Shown one piece after another: positions 61,829 through 64,000 of a stretch of 64,000 bases of DNA (the stretch's first letter is position 1; every line of letters starts with the position of its first letter). The position numbers and the translations under genes are program-made. The notes under the pieces were generated by a model that was not told the DNA's origin, did no database searches, and saw nothing but the letters and a program-made list of their open reading frames with translations. Source of the DNA: Microcaecilia unicolor. Its lineage: Eukaryota. The stretch covers positions 302,253-366,252 of the forward strand of contig NW_021963017.1 in the NCBI RefSeq assembly GCF_901765095.1. Reading direction: 5' to 3'.

Positions 61829-64000
61829 TACCATTCCTCTATGCTCGTGGCCAAAATTCAGTCTTACCAGCTCTACATGAGCATACACATGCGGAACAAT
61901 GTGCGGCAGTTGGCGGGCTTGGTGGACAAGCTCCCTCCTGAGCAAGCCAAGCCATTTCAGGAGGTGGTCAGGCAGCTGAAGGCGTGCAGAAAATTCCTGG
62001 CCAGAGGGGTGTATGACACCTTTGATGTTGCGTCCAGGGCCGCTGCTCGAGGTGTGGTGATGCGCAGACTCTCATGGCTGCATGCCTCCGACCTGGAGAA
62101 TAGGATCCAGCAGCGGATTGCGGACTCGCCTTGCCGTGCGGATAATATTTTTGGAGAGAAGGTCGAACAGGTGGTAGAGCAGCTCCACCAGCGGAATACC
62201 GCTTTCGACAAGTTCTCCCGCCAGCAGCCCTCAGCTTCTACCTCCACAGGTAGACGTTTTTATGGGGGAAGGAAGACTGTTCCCTACTCTTCTGGCAAGC
62301 GTAGGTACAATCCTCTTTCTCAACAGCCTGCGGCCCAGGCTAAGGCCCAGCGCGCTCGCTCTCGTCAGCAGCGTGCGCCTCAGCAAGGCCCCTCGGCTCC
62401 CCAGCAAAAGCAAGGGACGAGCTTTTGACTGGCTCCAGCAGAGCATAGCCGCCATCCAAGTGTCAGTGCCGGGCGATCTACCGGTCGGAGGGAGGTTGAA
62501 AGTTTTTCACCAAAGGTGGCCTCTCATAACCTCCGATCAGTGGGTTCTTCAAATAGTCCGGCAAGGATACACCCTCAATTTGGCCTCCAAACCTCCAAAC
62601 TGCCCACCGGGAGCTCAGTCTTACAGCTTCCAGCACAAGCAGGTACTTGCAGAGGAACTCTCCGCCCTTCTCAGCGCCAATGCGGTCGAGCCCGTGGGCC
62701 GGGCAAGAAGGGCTGGGATTCTATTCCAGGTACTTCCTTGTGGAAAAGAAAACAGGGGGATGCGTCCCATCCTAGACCTAAGGGCCCTGAACAATATCTG
62801 GTCAAGGAAAAGTTCAGGATGCTTTCCCTGGGCACCCTTTCCCCATGATTCAGGAAAACGATTGGCTATGCTCTCTGGACTTGAAGGACGCCTACACGCA
62901 CATCCCGATACTGCCAGCTCACAAACAGTATCTGCGATTTCAGCTGGGCACACGTCACTTCCAGTACTGTGTGCTACCCTTTGGGCTCGCCTCTGCGCCC
63001 AGAGTGTTCACGAAGTGCTTGGCTGTAGTAGCAGCGGCACTTCGCAGGCTGGGGGTACACGTGTTCCCATATCTCGACGATTGGCTGGTGAAGAACACAT
63101 CCGAGGCAGGAGCTCTACAGTCCATGCAGATGACTATTCGCCTCCTGGAGCTACTGGGGTTTGTGGTAAATTATCCAAAGTCCCATCTTCTCCCAGTACA
63201 GAGACTCGAATAGGAGCTCTGCTGGATTCTCGGACGGCTCATGCCTATCTCCCAGAGACGAGAGCCAACAACTTGTTGTCCCTCGTCTCTCGGGTACGAG
63301 CGTCCCAGCAGATCACAGCTCGGCAGATGTTGAGATTGTTGGGCCACATGGCCTCCACAGTTCATGTGACTCCCATGGCCCGCATTCACATGAGATCTGC
63401 TTCAATGGACCCTAGCTTCCCAGTGGTTTAAGGCTGCTGGGGATCTAGAAGACGTGATCCACCTGTCCACGAATTTTCTCAAATCCCTGTATTGGTGGAC
63501 GATTTGGTCCAATTTGACTCTGGGACGTCCTTTCCAAATTCCTCAGCCACAAAAGTGCTGACTACGGATGCGTCTCTCCTGGGGTGGGGAGCTCATGTCG
63601 ATGGGCTTCACACCCAGGGAAGCTGGTCCCTCCAGGAACGCGATCTGCAGATCAATCTTCTGGAGTTACGAGCGGTCTGGAACGCTCTGAAGGCTTTCAG
63701 AGATTGGCTGTCCCACCAAATTATCCAAATTCAGACAGACAACCAGGTTGCCATGTATTACATCAACAAGCAGGGGGGCACGGATCTCGCCCCCTGTGTC
63801 AGGAAGCCGTCAGCAGGTGGCTCTGGGCTCGCCGTCACGGCATGGTGCTCCAAGCCACATATCTGGCAGGCGTAAGCAACAGTCTGGCCGACAGACTGAG
63901 CAGGATTATGCAACCTCACGAGTGGTCGCTCAATTCCCGAGTAGTGCGCCAGATCTTCCAGGTGTGGGGCACCCCTTGGTAGATCTCTTTGCATCTCGAG
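61829..64000 (+). mobile_element. DIRS-like retrotransposon copy C. It is 5'-truncated in mid-Gag, degraded, and runs past the window end.
   Basis: It is about 90-95 percent identical to 32068 onward in the main copy. The Gag tail is at 61841-62428, RT fragments at 62262-63431 (with deletions and frame changes), and RNase H at 63492-63982. Confidence 0.8.

Noticed and set aside
1-64000. A search for an operon-like or defence-system arrangement, as the brief suggested
   Set aside because: The sequence is vertebrate, with spliced exons, SINEs, LINEs and DIRS elements. No prokaryote-style gene cluster is present. The features worth following up are transposon biology and the PARP4 lesions.

Overview
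This window is vertebrate nuclear DNA, probably amphibian-like given the repeat content, and not a prokaryotic locus. It is dominated by transposable elements lying within and around an intron-rich host gene. The host gene is the vault poly(ADP-ribose) polymerase PARP4. Its VIT and von Willebrand A region is recognisable in 15 plus-strand exons between positions 9142 and 54506, plus one further candidate exon at 61193-61328. The main mobile element is a near full-length DIRS-like tyrosine-recombinase retrotransposon at 29991-36131. It shows the textbook DIRS layout of a left inverted terminal repeat (ITR), Gag, RT-RNase H, a tyrosine recombinase (YR), an internal complementary region (ICR) and a right ITR. 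It carries at least three inactivating lesions. A second, more divergent DIRS copy covers 1-4186 and a third, 5'-truncated copy covers 61829-64000. Two solo DIRS 3' terminal modules, each an ICR plus right terminus, lie at 8508-8960 and 19547-19920. Also present are a 5'-truncated L1/Tx1-like LINE fragment with a poly-A tail and target-site duplication (TSD) inserted into a palindrome of about 800 bp (22169-24478), and a degraded minus-strand LINE (48123-50420). There are tRNA-derived SINE copies, two hAT-like miniature inverted-repeat elements (MITEs) with 8-bp TSDs, a 48-bp minisatellite array that has itself received a SINE insertion (about 16960-18190), and an unclassified composite repeat of roughly 1.1-1.5 kb per copy present in three copies. 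No CRISPR arrays, operons or prokaryote-style regulatory sites are present. Two apparent coding disruptions in PARP4 are the host-gene observations most worth checking. These are a 1-bp deletion with a premature TGA in the exon at 40098-40177, and a reading-frame inconsistency across a CT-rich coding tandem repeat in the exon at 53789-54506.
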